Source: Planctomycetota bacterium
GTDB taxonomy: Bacteria; Planctomycetota; UBA1135; GCA-002686595
DNA length: 64,000 nucleotides
Assembly: GCA_044228955.1 (NCBI GenBank)
Contig: JBGATY010000002.1
Location: 10,160 to 74,159 of the forward strand
Direction: 5' to 3'
Shown: in pieces, positions 1 through 8,647 of the stretch
How positions within the stretch are numbered: the first letter of the stretch is position 1
How the letters are laid out: the number at the start of each line of letters is the position of its first letter
The notes under the pieces: generated by a model
Told to the model about the DNA's origin: nothing
Database searches by the model: none
The model's input: the letters and a program-made list of their open reading frames with translations, nothing else
Translations under genes and position numbers: made by a program

Positions 1-1
1 C

Positions 2-439
2 AGTCCGTGGGGACTCTTCAGGCACTACTGGGTCGTGACCAAGTTGCTGCTGACGATCGGCGCGTTGGTCGTTCTGGTCTTCCACCTCGCGGCAGTGGAG
101 CGAATTGCGCACGTCGCACGAGAGGAGGCTCTGGTTCCTGGACAACTGACCGCGGAGCGTGTGCAGCTTGTGGTGCACGCGGTCGGGGGGATGTGCGTCG
201 TTCTCCTTGCCCTGGCACTTTCGATCTACAAGCCTTGGGGGCTCACCTCGTACGGCAAGCACAGACAGCATGAGTCCCGTGGGTCTATTCCGCCTCCTGC
301 TCGCGCGCGCGTTGCGCCCGAGGTCACTATGCCACCCCGCACGCCACGCTGGGCTCTCGTGGTCGGCTTCCATGCCGTCGGGCTCGTCGTCATCGCGCTC
401 GCCGTGCACGTCCTCGGGGGCGGCTTTCGTGGTCACTGA
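2..439 (+). CDS. membrane protein, 5'-partial (frame open to window edge)
   Basis: Frame is open from nt 2 (SPWGLFRHYWVVTKLLL...). Hydrophobic helices LLLTIGALVVLVFHL and WALVVGFHAVGLVVIALAV. Stop TGA 437-439. No family recognised. Confidence 0.45.
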   Translation, partial: SPWGLFRHYWVVTKLLLTIGALVVLVFHLAAVERIAHVAREEALVPGQLTAERVQLVVHAVGGMCVVLLALALSIYKPWGLTSYGKHRQHESRGSIPPPARARVAPEVTMPPRTPRWALVVGFHAVGLVVIALAVHVLGGGFRGH

Positions 440-476
440 GCCGCATCGAGCTGACCCACCGGTCCGCCCGCGGCAA

Positions 477-731
477 TCAGCGCGACAACTGCGCTGCGTC
501 CAGCATCGCGAGGATCGCCGAACTCAATGGCTGCGGGAGACTCAGCCAGGCTCCATCACGGATGGCAGGTTCCGGGTCCAGCCCAGAACGGGCTCCCCCC
601 TTGCGGAGCCCGTCCAAACGGTCCACCGTCGTCGGCCGTATGCCCGTGCATGCGGGTGAGGCTTGACGCCTACGAGACTTGACAGCCACCTGCCGATACC
701 ATAGGTCGCACTCGCCCATGCCCTCCGTCAC
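477..731 (-). CDS. small hypothetical protein with C-terminal AW..L..P...AILAML.AA motif (possibly mobile-element associated)
   Basis: The C-terminal ~26 aa (DGAWLSLPQPLSSAILAMLDAAQLSR) are homologous to the C-terminus of the minus-strand ORF at 7401-7622. Start is uncertain and it could be a gene remnant. Confidence 0.3.
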   Translation of the reverse strand: MTEGMGECDLWYRQVAVKSRRRQASPACTGIRPTTVDRLDGLRKGGARSGLDPEPAIRDGAWLSLPQPLSSAILAMLDAAQLSR

Positions 732-1140
732 CCGCTACTTCCGCATGTTGATGCTCGTCTTCGTGACGATCTTCACGGTCGTTCCGGGCGGGCTGGCGAT
801 GACCGTCTGTTTCTGCCCTGACGCTCCCACCTTGCCAGGTCAACGCGGCGGAAGCTGTGGGATGGTGTGTTGTGAGGTGGCTCACGAGCCCGCGCCTCAA
901 GATCCGCGTATCGCCAAGCCTACGCATAAGGATTGCGGGGCCTGCCGCACGCTCACAACCGGCAAGCGTGAGGCCTCGCTCTCCGCTCCGGCGGGCTTGG
1001 AGTTCTCGCATGTGGCCTTGCCGGCCGTGCATGCAACGCCTGTAGTTCCGCCCAGGGTCATCCTCTGTGAACGACCGTCGCGCCTGTGTGGCAGTCGCGG
1101 TCCACCGGGGAAATTCGCTAGCGTTCCGCTGCGCATCTAG
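718..1140 (+). CDS. Cys-rich membrane-anchored small protein upstream of the efflux adaptor
   Basis: ATG at 718. N-terminal TM segment YFRMLMLVFVTIFTVVPGGLAM, then CFCPD, CGMVCC and HKDCGAC clusters. Same strand as, and 78 nt upstream of, the cusB-like gene. No family recognised. Confidence 0.4.
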   Translation: MPSVTRYFRMLMLVFVTIFTVVPGGLAMTVCFCPDAPTLPGQRGGSCGMVCCEVAHEPAPQDPRIAKPTHKDCGACRTLTTGKREASLSAPAGLEFSHVALPAVHATPVVPPRVILCERPSRLCGSRGPPGKFASVPLRI

Positions 1141-1218
1141 CCGCAACTCCGTCGTCCTTGGCGCGGCGGAGCCCTTGTAGCTCCGCCCATTCCGAAGGCT
1201 TCTTCGTGCGGAGTTCAG

Positions 1219-2706
1219 ATGCGCTTTCTTCCTGTTTCCAGGCAACCAAAGTCTCGCCGCCGTGCGCGTCATGGCCGCAGCCTGCTAGCGGTCGCGCTCT
1301 TGATCTTGGGCGTCGTCCTCGGGACCGCTTCCGGCGTGGTCTGGCACGACTCCCTCACGCAACTGTTCCATCGAGCAGGTGCCCAGACAAGCAGCGAGCG
1401 CAAGGTCAAGTACTTCTGGGATCCGATGATGAATCCACCATTCATCTCGGACAAGCCTGGCAAGAGTCCAATGGGGATGGATCTCGTGCCCGTCTACGAA
1501 GACGAAGCACCGGAATCGAGTTCAACGAAGGTGCCAGCGGACGAGTCGGCGACGACCTACTACTGTCCGATGCACCCGAGCTTCCGCTCGGATCATCCCG
1601 GCGACTGCCCCGTCTGCAACATGAAGCTCATCCCGCTTCAGGAACGCGCGGAGATGAGCGACTCATCGGGGGTCGAGGGCCACGCAACCGTGACCATCAA
1701 GCCCGAGCGCCAGCAACTCATCGGCGTGCAAAGCTCCCTCGTCGAACGGAAGGCCGCGACGAGAACTATTCGCGCCATGGGACGGGTCGAGTACGACGAG
1801 CGAAAGCTCTCGTCCGTGAGCTTGAAGTTTGGAGGGTGGATCGAAGAGCTCTACGTGAAGTCGACTGGTGAATCGGTCGCCGCAGACGAGCGACTGCTTT
1901 CCATCTACAGCCCGGAACTCTACGAGGCGCAGAACTCCTATCTGCTCGCTCGCGCCGCATTCCCGGGCGCGCCGTGGAAACAGACTGCCGGGACTGACTC
2001 GCTCGTTAGTGAACTCGGCGAGAGCGCGCGTCAGAGACTGCTCCTTTGGGGCATGACCGAAGAACAGGTTCGTGACCTTGAGTCCAAAGGCCAAGCTGAC
2101 TTGCGGACCACGATCATGTCGAAGACGACTGGGGTGGTTACGCGCCGAGACGTTGTGACCGGCGCGCGTGTGGAGCCAGGCGCGCCTCTATATGAGCTCG
2201 CCGACCTCTCAACGGTATGGATCCACGCCGACATCTACGAGACCGAGATCCCCGCAGTGAAAGTGGGAGCTGAAGCGTCGATCGAGTTTGAGTCTTTGCC
2301 CGGCGAATCCATTACGGGGCGCGTTGTCTACATCTACCCATACCTCAACGAGACCACGCGCACGGCCCGGGTTCGCATCGAAGTCGACAACAGCGACGGT
2401 CGCCTGAAACCGGCGATGTACGCAACCGTGTCAGTCGGAGTCAATCTCGGAGAGCAACTCACAATCGACGACAACGCGATCCTTGACACCGGGCAGCGCA
2501 AGCTCGTGTTCGTTGACCTCGGCGGGGGCCGCTTCGAGCCACGCGAAGTGACGCTATCCTATCGGGGCGGAGGTCAGGCGGTCGTGACTTCGGGCCTGAA
2601 AGAAGGGGAGCATGTGATCACGAGCGGTAACTTCCTCGTGGACTCCGAGAGCCGACTAAAGGCAGCCATCTCGCAGCACACTGGCAGCGAACACGAGCAC
2701 CACTGA
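1219..2706 (+). CDS. cusB: efflux RND periplasmic adaptor (CusB/SilB-like) with inserted heavy-metal-binding CxxC domain
   Basis: YYCPMHPSFRSDHPGDCPVCNMKLIP motif, HlyD-type barrel-sandwich/beta-barrel region and His-rich tail HTGSEHEHH. Lies directly upstream of the RND pump. Confidence 0.9.
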   Translation: MRFLPVSRQPKSRRRARHGRSLLAVALLILGVVLGTASGVVWHDSLTQLFHRAGAQTSSERKVKYFWDPMMNPPFISDKPGKSPMGMDLVPVYEDEAPESSSTKVPADESATTYYCPMHPSFRSDHPGDCPVCNMKLIPLQERAEMSDSSGVEGHATVTIKPERQQLIGVQSSLVERKAATRTIRAMGRVEYDERKLSSVSLKFGGWIEELYVKSTGESVAADERLLSIYSPELYEAQNSYLLARAAFPGAPWKQTAGTDSLVSELGESARQRLLLWGMTEEQVRDLESKGQADLRTTIMSKTTGVVTRRDVVTGARVEPGAPLYELADLSTVWIHADIYETEIPAVKVGAEASIEFESLPGESITGRVVYIYPYLNETTRTARVRIEVDNSDGRLKPAMYATVSVGVNLGEQLTIDDNAILDTGQRKLVFVDLGGGRFEPREVTLSYRGGGQAVVTSGLKEGEHVITSGNFLVDSESRLKAAISQHTGSEHEHH

Positions 2707-2720
2707 GCAGGAAGGCTGCC

Positions 2721-5700
2721 ATGATCGAACGAATCATCGAGTGGTGTGCCAGGAACCGCTGGCTCGTCCTTGTCTTTGCTGCTGTGGCCGTGGTCGGCGG
2801 CATCTGGAGCGCGAATCACGTTCCGCTGGATGCGATCCCCGACCTCTCTGACACGCAGGTCATCGTCTATTCGCGTTGGGATCGTAGCCCCGACGTCATC
2901 GAAGATCAGGTCACGTATCCGATCGTATCGGCGATGCTCGGTGCGCCGAACGTCAAGGCCATCCGCGGCTTCTCGGACTTCGGCTTTTCCTACGTCTACA
3001 TCGTCTTCCAAGACGGGACGGACCTGTACTGGGCTCGCAGCCGCACTCTTGAATACCTGAGCAAGATCTTGCCCCGTCTACCCGAAGGGGTGAAGATCGA
3101 GCTTGGCCCCGATGCGACCGGTGTGGGTTGGGTGTTCCAATACGCTCTCCTCGACAAGAGCGGGAACAACAATCTCGCGGACCTGCGCTCCTTCCAAGAT
3201 TGGCGCTTGCGATACTGGCTACAGAGCGTTCCCGGAGTCGCCGAGGTAGCCACCTTCGGCGGGTTCCAGCGCCAGTACCAAGTGAATCTCGACCCTGTGA
3301 AGTTGCTTGGATACGGCATTCCGATTGCCAAGGTCGTGGACGCGGTACGCGCTGGTAATAACGATGTCGGTGGTCGGCTGGTCGAGCTTGCGGGGGCAGA
3401 GTACATGGTTCGCGGTCGTGGCTACGCCCGCTCCATCGAAGACATCGGAAGCATTGTGGTGGCCACGGATGAGCGCGGTACACCGGTACTAGTCAAGAAT
3501 CTCGGGACCGTAAGCATGGGCCCTGAGATTCGCCGGGGAATCGGCGATCTTGACGGACTGGGCGACGCTGTAGGCGGCATCGTAGTGATGCGTCACGGCG
3601 AGAACGCGCTTGCAGTTATCGAACGTGTCAAGCAGAAGCTCGAAGACATCAAGCAGTCGCTTCCGAAAGGCGTAGAGCTCGTCACGACGTACGACCGCTC
3701 CGAGCTGATCACTGAATCTATCGACACGCTGAAGCACGAGCTTCTCGCCGCGCTGATCGTCGTCAGCATGGTGATCTTGATTTTTCTATGGCACATCCCT
3801 TCGGCGGTCGTGCCGATCATCACCATCCCCGTCGCGATCTTGCTCGCCTTCATCCCCATGTACTTCCTGGGGGTTGGCTCGAACATCATGTCGATCTCGG
3901 GGATCACGATCTCGATCGGCGTCCTGGTCGACGGCGCGATAATCGAGGTGGAGAACGCCTACAAGAAACTTGAGCGATGGGTTGCTGGCGGGCGTGTGGG
4001 CGACTTCCACGAAGTACGTCTCTCGGCGTTGAAGGAGGTCGGACCATCGGTCTTCTTCTCGCTGCTCGTAATCGCCGTCGCCTTCCTACCGATCTTCGCG
4101 CTGGAGGAGCAGGAGGGAAGGCTCTTCAAGCCACTCGCTTACACGAAGAACCTCACCTTGGCGATGGCAGCGATCCTGGCGATCACGCTCGACCCGGCCG
4201 TGCGCATGCTCTTCACACGCATGGACTTCGTCCACTTTCGGCCCCGCTGGCTCTCGTGGTCCTTCAATCAAGTCACAGTCGGACGCTACGTGCCCGAGGA
4301 GAAGCATCCGATCAGCCGGATACTGTTCCGGCTATACGAAGGTCCTTGTCGATGGGTGATCCGGCATCGCGCGATCACGATCATTGGATCGTTGCTACTC
4401 GTGCTGACGACGATTCCGGTTTACCGCGCCCTCGGTTCAGAGTTCAAGCCACCACTCTGGGAAGGCGACCTGCTCTACATGCCGATCACCTTTCCGGGCA
4501 TTTCGGTGACGGAGGCACGGACACTTCTCCAGAACACGGATCAAGTCCTTATGAGCGTTCCGGAAGTCGAGCGCGTACACGGCAAGGCCGGGCGCGCTGA
4601 GACCTCCACGGATCCAGCGCCTTTTTCCATGCTGGAGACGGTCGTCAAGTTGAAGCCCGAATCACAGTGGCGGTCCAAAGCGCGCTTCTATTCGGACTGG
4701 CCGGACTGGATGAAGACCCCGCTGCGTCACGTGTGGCCCGACCACATCAGCAAGGAAGAGTTGCACGCGGACCTTCAACAAAGACTCCAGGTGCCGGGCA
4801 CGACCTATTCCATGCTGATGCCGATCTCGAACCGTATCGACATGCTGACAACGGGCGTGCGAACACCCATCGGCATCAAGGTGCTGGGGGACGACCTCAA
4901 GCGTATCGAGGAAGTGGCGGTCGAAGTCGAGAGCATCATCAAAGATGTTCCCGGCACATCGAGCGCCTTCGCCGAGCGTACTGCGGGCGGATACTTCGTC
5001 GACTTCAAACTCAAGCGCGAGAACCTGGCGCGTTACGGGCTCACTGTCGATGACGCAGAGATGGTGATCATGTCGGCGGTTGGAGGCGAGCCTGTCACGA
5101 CGAGCATCCACGGTCGCGAGCGCTACACCGTGAACGTGCGCTACGCGCGCGAGCTGCGCGACGATGTCGATGGATTGCGGCGCGTGCTCGTCCCGACCCC
5201 GTCCGGCGCGCAAATCCCGCTGGAAGAACTCGCTGAGCTCTCGCTGACTGAGGGGGCGTCGATGATCCGCGACGAGAACGGCCTGCTCGCGGGCTACGTA
5301 TACGTCACGACGTCTGATTCAGACTTGGGCGGGTACGTCGATCGCGCCAAGGCCGCCGTACGTCAGAGGCTTCAGGTCCCTGTCGGGTACTCGCTCACCT
5401 GGAGCGGTCAGTACGAAAACATTCTGCGCATCCAGGAGCGCATGAAACTTGTGCTGCCGATCACTGTCTTCCTGATCTTCGTGCTCTTGTTCATGAATAC
5501 GAAGTCGGCCGTGAAGGCGGGAATCGTAATGCTCGCGGTGCCTTTTTCAGCGATCGGCGCCTTCTGGCTCTTGTGGTTGCTCGACTACAACCTCTCGATC
5601 GCGGTATGGGTCGGCCTCATCGCTCTTATGGGCCTCGACGCGGAGACAGGCGTCTTCATGTTGCTTTTCCTCGACCTCTCCTTCTGGGAGCGGGTGCGCG

Positions 5701-6014
5701 AGGGCAAAATGAAAACCTTCGAAGATCTGACCGAAGCTATCGTTCACGGCGCGGTCAAGCGCATTCGTCCGAAGCTGATGACTGTCGCTTGCGCCTTTAT
5801 TGGCCTTGTTCCGGTTATGTGGTCGACAGGAACTGGTGCCGACATGATGAAGCGCGTCGCGGCACCGCTCATGGGCGGACTGGTGACGAGTTTCATCCTG
5901 GAGCTACTCGTCTACCCGGCCGTTTATGCAGTCTGGAAATGGCGCTTCGTCATGAAGCGCGGCACCGTCGATGTCTCCAAGCTCACCATGCCGCGACTTG
6001 GAGGCCACGCGTGA
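2721..6014 (+). CDS. cusA: CusA/CzcA-family heavy-metal efflux RND transporter (monovalent Cu/Ag type)
   Basis: 1097 aa with a 12-TM RND layout. The TM4 motif SIGVLVDGAIIEVENAYKKLERW resembles CusA AxGxxVDxAIVxxEN rather than the CzcA DFG type. Confidence 0.93.
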   Translation: MIERIIEWCARNRWLVLVFAAVAVVGGIWSANHVPLDAIPDLSDTQVIVYSRWDRSPDVIEDQVTYPIVSAMLGAPNVKAIRGFSDFGFSYVYIVFQDGTDLYWARSRTLEYLSKILPRLPEGVKIELGPDATGVGWVFQYALLDKSGNNNLADLRSFQDWRLRYWLQSVPGVAEVATFGGFQRQYQVNLDPVKLLGYGIPIAKVVDAVRAGNNDVGGRLVELAGAEYMVRGRGYARSIEDIGSIVVATDERGTPVLVKNLGTVSMGPEIRRGIGDLDGLGDAVGGIVVMRHGENALAVIERVKQKLEDIKQSLPKGVELVTTYDRSELITESIDTLKHELLAALIVVSMVILIFLWHIPSAVVPIITIPVAILLAFIPMYFLGVGSNIMSISGITISIGVLVDGAIIEVENAYKKLERWVAGGRVGDFHEVRLSALKEVGPSVFFSLLVIAVAFLPIFALEEQEGRLFKPLAYTKNLTLAMAAILAITLDPAVRMLFTRMDFVHFRPRWLSWSFNQVTVGRYVPEEKHPISRILFRLYEGPCRWVIRHRAITIIGSLLLVLTTIPVYRALGSEFKPPLWEGDLLYMPITFPGISVTEARTLLQNTDQVLMSVPEVERVHGKAGRAETSTDPAPFSMLETVVKLKPESQWRSKARFYSDWPDWMKTPLRHVWPDHISKEELHADLQQRLQVPGTTYSMLMPISNRIDMLTTGVRTPIGIKVLGDDLKRIEEVAVEVESIIKDVPGTSSAFAERTAGGYFVDFKLKRENLARYGLTVDDAEMVIMSAVGGEPVTTSIHGRERYTVNVRYARELRDDVDGLRRVLVPTPSGAQIPLEELAELSLTEGASMIRDENGLLAGYVYVTTSDSDLGGYVDRAKAAVRQRLQVPVGYSLTWSGQYENILRIQERMKLVLPITVFLIFVLLFMNTKSAVKAGIVMLAVPFSAIGAFWLLWLLDYNLSIAVWVGLIALMGLDAETGVFMLLFLDLSFWERVREGKMKTFEDLTEAIVHGAVKRIRPKLMTVACAFIGLVPVMWSTGTGADMMKRVAAPLMGGLVTSFILELLVYPAVYAVWKWRFVMKRGTVDVSKLTMPRLGGHA

Positions 6015-7363
6015 AGCTAATTCGCCGAACGACGGTCTGGGCAACGGCCGTGCTCGCTCTCTCAGCATGCGTGGCGCATCCGGCTGGCGAGCGCGAGGAG
6101 CGAGATCGTGCGCTGGCGGCAGGTCGGGAGTTCGACGAGCATCTTGAAGCTCCAAGCCTTCCCGAGAATCCAAGCGCTGACGATTACTTGCGAGCAGCGT
6201 TCCTTGCCAACGCCGAGCTGCGAGCTCGCTACTGGGAATGGCGAGCGGCGCTCGAACGCATCCCGCAGGATGCGAGCCCGCCAAACGCAGCGCTGAGTTT
6301 CTCTTATCTCTTGAGCGGTGGGAGCATGAAGGCATGGGACCGCACGACGCTTGGGATCTCGAATGACCCGATGACGAATATCCCGTTGCCTCCGAAGCTG
6401 GCCATTGCCGGTCGCAGGGCACTCGAAAATGCTCGGGCCACCGGCCTGCGCTTCGAAGCGGCCAAGTTTCGTCTCCAGGCGCAGGTCCTCGCGCTGTACT
6501 ACGACCTCGCTCTCCACGCCGAACAGATTCGCATTCAGCAGGAGACGATTGCCTTGCTGGCCGTAACGGCGGGCGAGGCCTCAGCTCGCCTGGCAACAAG
6601 TGCGGTGCCTCAGGAAGACGTACTTAGATCTGGCACGGAGCTGGATCTCGCACGCAATGACTTGGCAAACCTCCATGCTCAACTTCCTCCGATGGTGGCG
6701 CAGATGAATACGCTCCTCGGCCGAGCGCCGGATGCCCGTGTGCCATTGCCAGAGTCGCTGCCAGATCCAAGGCCGCTCCCTGCAACAGACGAGGAAATCG
6801 TCCACCTCGCGGCCGAGCGCAGCCCGGAGCTCTCGGCGTTGGCGCGCGATGTGGCCGGCCGGAAGGAGGGGCTCGATCTCGCGCGCAAGGCCCGTCTGCC
6901 CGACGTCAACCTCTCCTTCTCGATCACAGGGACGGTTTCGGAAGCGCTGGGAGGGATGGTGGTACTGCCTACTCGGAGGGAGGCGATCCAGGGAGGCATC
7001 GAACAGGCACGTGCCGACCTGCGCGCGGCAGAAGCGGCGCGGATTCAGTACTCCCGCGATCTCGCCGCGAGCTTGGTACTCGACCTCTACGTTCTGCACA
7101 ACGCGGAACGGCAGGCGACCCTCTTCCAGGACACGATCATTCCACGCGCCGACCTAGTCGCTCGCACTGCGCAGGCTTCACTCGCATCGGGCCGAATGCG
7201 GCTGATGGATGTGGTGGAAGCTCAGCGCGCGGCGCTCGACGCGCGCCTTACCCTCGCCATGCTCCGGGTCGAGCGCGAGAAGGCGTTGGTCGCGATCGAG
7301 AGTTGGTCGAAGGTCGACGTCGAAGCGCTGCACCCTGTGCGGAGCGGTACCTCGATGCGTTGA
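6011..7363 (+). CDS. cusC: outer-membrane efflux factor lipoprotein (CusC/TolC family)
   Basis: GTG at 6011 overlaps the cusA stop (GTGA). Lipoprotein signal VKLIRRTTVWATAVLALSAC. Two coiled-coil/TolC-like repeats. The 5573 start in the ORF track is an in-frame upstream extension inside cusA. Confidence 0.85.
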   Translation: MKLIRRTTVWATAVLALSACVAHPAGEREERDRALAAGREFDEHLEAPSLPENPSADDYLRAAFLANAELRARYWEWRAALERIPQDASPPNAALSFSYLLSGGSMKAWDRTTLGISNDPMTNIPLPPKLAIAGRRALENARATGLRFEAAKFRLQAQVLALYYDLALHAEQIRIQQETIALLAVTAGEASARLATSAVPQEDVLRSGTELDLARNDLANLHAQLPPMVAQMNTLLGRAPDARVPLPESLPDPRPLPATDEEIVHLAAERSPELSALARDVAGRKEGLDLARKARLPDVNLSFSITGTVSEALGGMVVLPTRREAIQGGIEQARADLRAAEAARIQYSRDLAASLVLDLYVLHNAERQATLFQDTIIPRADLVARTAQASLASGRMRLMDVVEAQRAALDARLTLAMLRVEREKALVAIESWSKVDVEALHPVRSGTSMR

Positions 7364-7400
7364 GACGTCCGGCGTCCTCCGATACCAAACGTCACTCAGA

Positions 7401-7622
7401 TCACGTCTCTGTTGCTTCATGCTGTGGTGGCGAGAACACCTGGACGGCTGCTGCCTTTAGCATCGCGAGGATCGCGGCCTTCATCGGCTCTTGCAGGGTT
7501 GGCCACGCTTCCGTGACGAGCACGAGTTCGTGGTCCAACGCACGCTCTTGCACAGGCTCGCACTGCTTTGCACCAGTTCGGTGTGCTGGGGATTCTGCTG
7601 GGGACGCGGACCCCGCGTTCAT
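7401..7622 (-). CDS. small hypothetical protein with C-terminal AWPTL.EP.KAAILAMLKAA motif
   Basis: ATG at 7622 (minus strand), 73 aa. Its C-terminus is homologous to the 477-731 ORF and the two share the 17-nt core AGCATCGCGAGGATCGC. The longer track ORF (to 7712) runs into the tRNA-like sequence. Confidence 0.3.
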   Translation of the reverse strand: MNAGSASPAESPAHRTGAKQCEPVQERALDHELVLVTEAWPTLQEPMKAAILAMLKAAAVQVFSPPQHEATET

Positions 7623-7627
7623 AACCT

Positions 7628-7708
7628 GCGTATTCCCGGGGGCTTCCGAGCCCGGCTTCCGGTTTCCTAAACCGCAGGTCGGCAGTTCGAACCTGCCCGG
7701 GCGCACCA
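7628..7708 (+). tRNA. tRNA-Arg(CCU)-derived sequence with a canonical 3' 49 nt and a degenerate 5' half (att-type remnant or pseudo-tRNA)
   Basis: 7659-7708 reads as anticodon stem CCGGT/ACCGC, loop TTCCTAA (anticodon CCT), variable AGGTC, T-arm GGCAG-TTCGAAC-CTGCC, acceptor CGGGCGC, then A-CCA. The required 5' acceptor GCGCCCG is present only as GCG-TATT-CCCG, and no normal D-arm is present. Confidence 0.5.
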
Positions 7709-7924
7709 GCACATGGGCCGCGCGTGGGACGGGGACCCGATGCTTCGTCGGCAGCGAACCTTTTTCCGGCGCAGTTGGTCGATCTCTCGACGTTCGCGTC
7801 GATGATTATCGAGTGGTCATCTCCCGCGGCTCGTTCGTGGGGAAGAGTTGAGGAGGGTAGTCCCCGGAGTTCGGACCCGGACATCGATCGGGTTTGCAAG
7901 CAGGGGACTCGCTCGAACAACACC

Positions 7925-8524
7925 ATGGTCGACGCATCTCGTCTTCCGCCCGAGCGGGGGAATGTCAGCTCCTCGAAGGCCGCAACACCGGCCGCGGCGA
8001 GCGCGACGACGGTCTCTGCGATCGTCCCCGATTGGTCGCGCGAGCGGGTCCGCTGTTTCTGGGACACGCAGCGACAACTGTTGCGACACATCCGCGGGTA
8101 CCAGGCGTGGAAGCGGCGCGGAGGACTGGTGTCGCAGGTCATGCGGCGCTGGCACGTGCTCGGGTATCGCTGGTGGTCGATCGTGACCGCTTCGCAGATC
8201 AACCTCGGAGTCGAGATTGGAGGCGGCCTGCAGATGCCGCATCCCAACGGCATCGTGATCCACCCCGAGGCCAAGATCGGGCCGAATTGTCTGATCTTTC
8301 AGCAGGTGGGCATCGGTCCCGGCGGCCCCAAGCCCGGAGTGCCCGTGCTGGCCGGCCACGTCGACGTGGGGGCGGGGGCCAAGATCCTGGGCGGCGTTGT
8401 GATCGGGGAGCACGCGCGCATCGGAGCGAACGCCGTCGTGATCGACGACGTCCCGGCCTACGCGACGGTGGTGGGCGTGCCGGCGAGGATCGTCAGGATC
8501 GGCGCGCTGCGTCGGCTCAGTTGA
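7925..8524 (+). CDS. serine O-acetyltransferase-like hexapeptide-repeat acyltransferase
   Basis: ATG at 7925. Left-handed beta-helix repeats: IHPEAKIGPNCLIFQQVGIG...AGHVDVGAGAKILGGVVIGEHARIGANAVVIDDVPAYATVVGVPAR. Confidence 0.8.
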   Translation: MVDASRLPPERGNVSSSKAATPAAASATTVSAIVPDWSRERVRCFWDTQRQLLRHIRGYQAWKRRGGLVSQVMRRWHVLGYRWWSIVTASQINLGVEIGGGLQMPHPNGIVIHPEAKIGPNCLIFQQVGIGPGGPKPGVPVLAGHVDVGAGAKILGGVVIGEHARIGANAVVIDDVPAYATVVGVPARIVRIGALRRLS

Positions 8525-8647
8525 GTCGGCCCTGAACGGATCGTTCCGCGGACGTCGCGCGACGCGGCGTCGTTTTGCACGGCGAGCACCTTCGACCTCA
8601 CGAACGGAGTGCGGGCGACCTGGCGGAGCCGTTCCGAGCGTGCCTGG

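Noticed and set aside
5573-6010. Upstream extension of the cusC-like ORF
   Set aside because: It lies inside cusA in another frame. A lipoprotein signal begins at the GTG at 6011, which overlaps the cusA stop.
7590-7708. Possible tmRNA (GGGGATTCTGCTGGGGACGCGG resembles a tmRNA 5' end, and a T-arm/ACCA 3' end is nearby)
   Set aside because: The distance between the ends is ~110 nt rather than ~350 nt. The 3' acceptor CGGGCGC cannot pair with a GGGG... 5' end, there is no G3-U70 alanine identity pair, and no tag reading frame is present.
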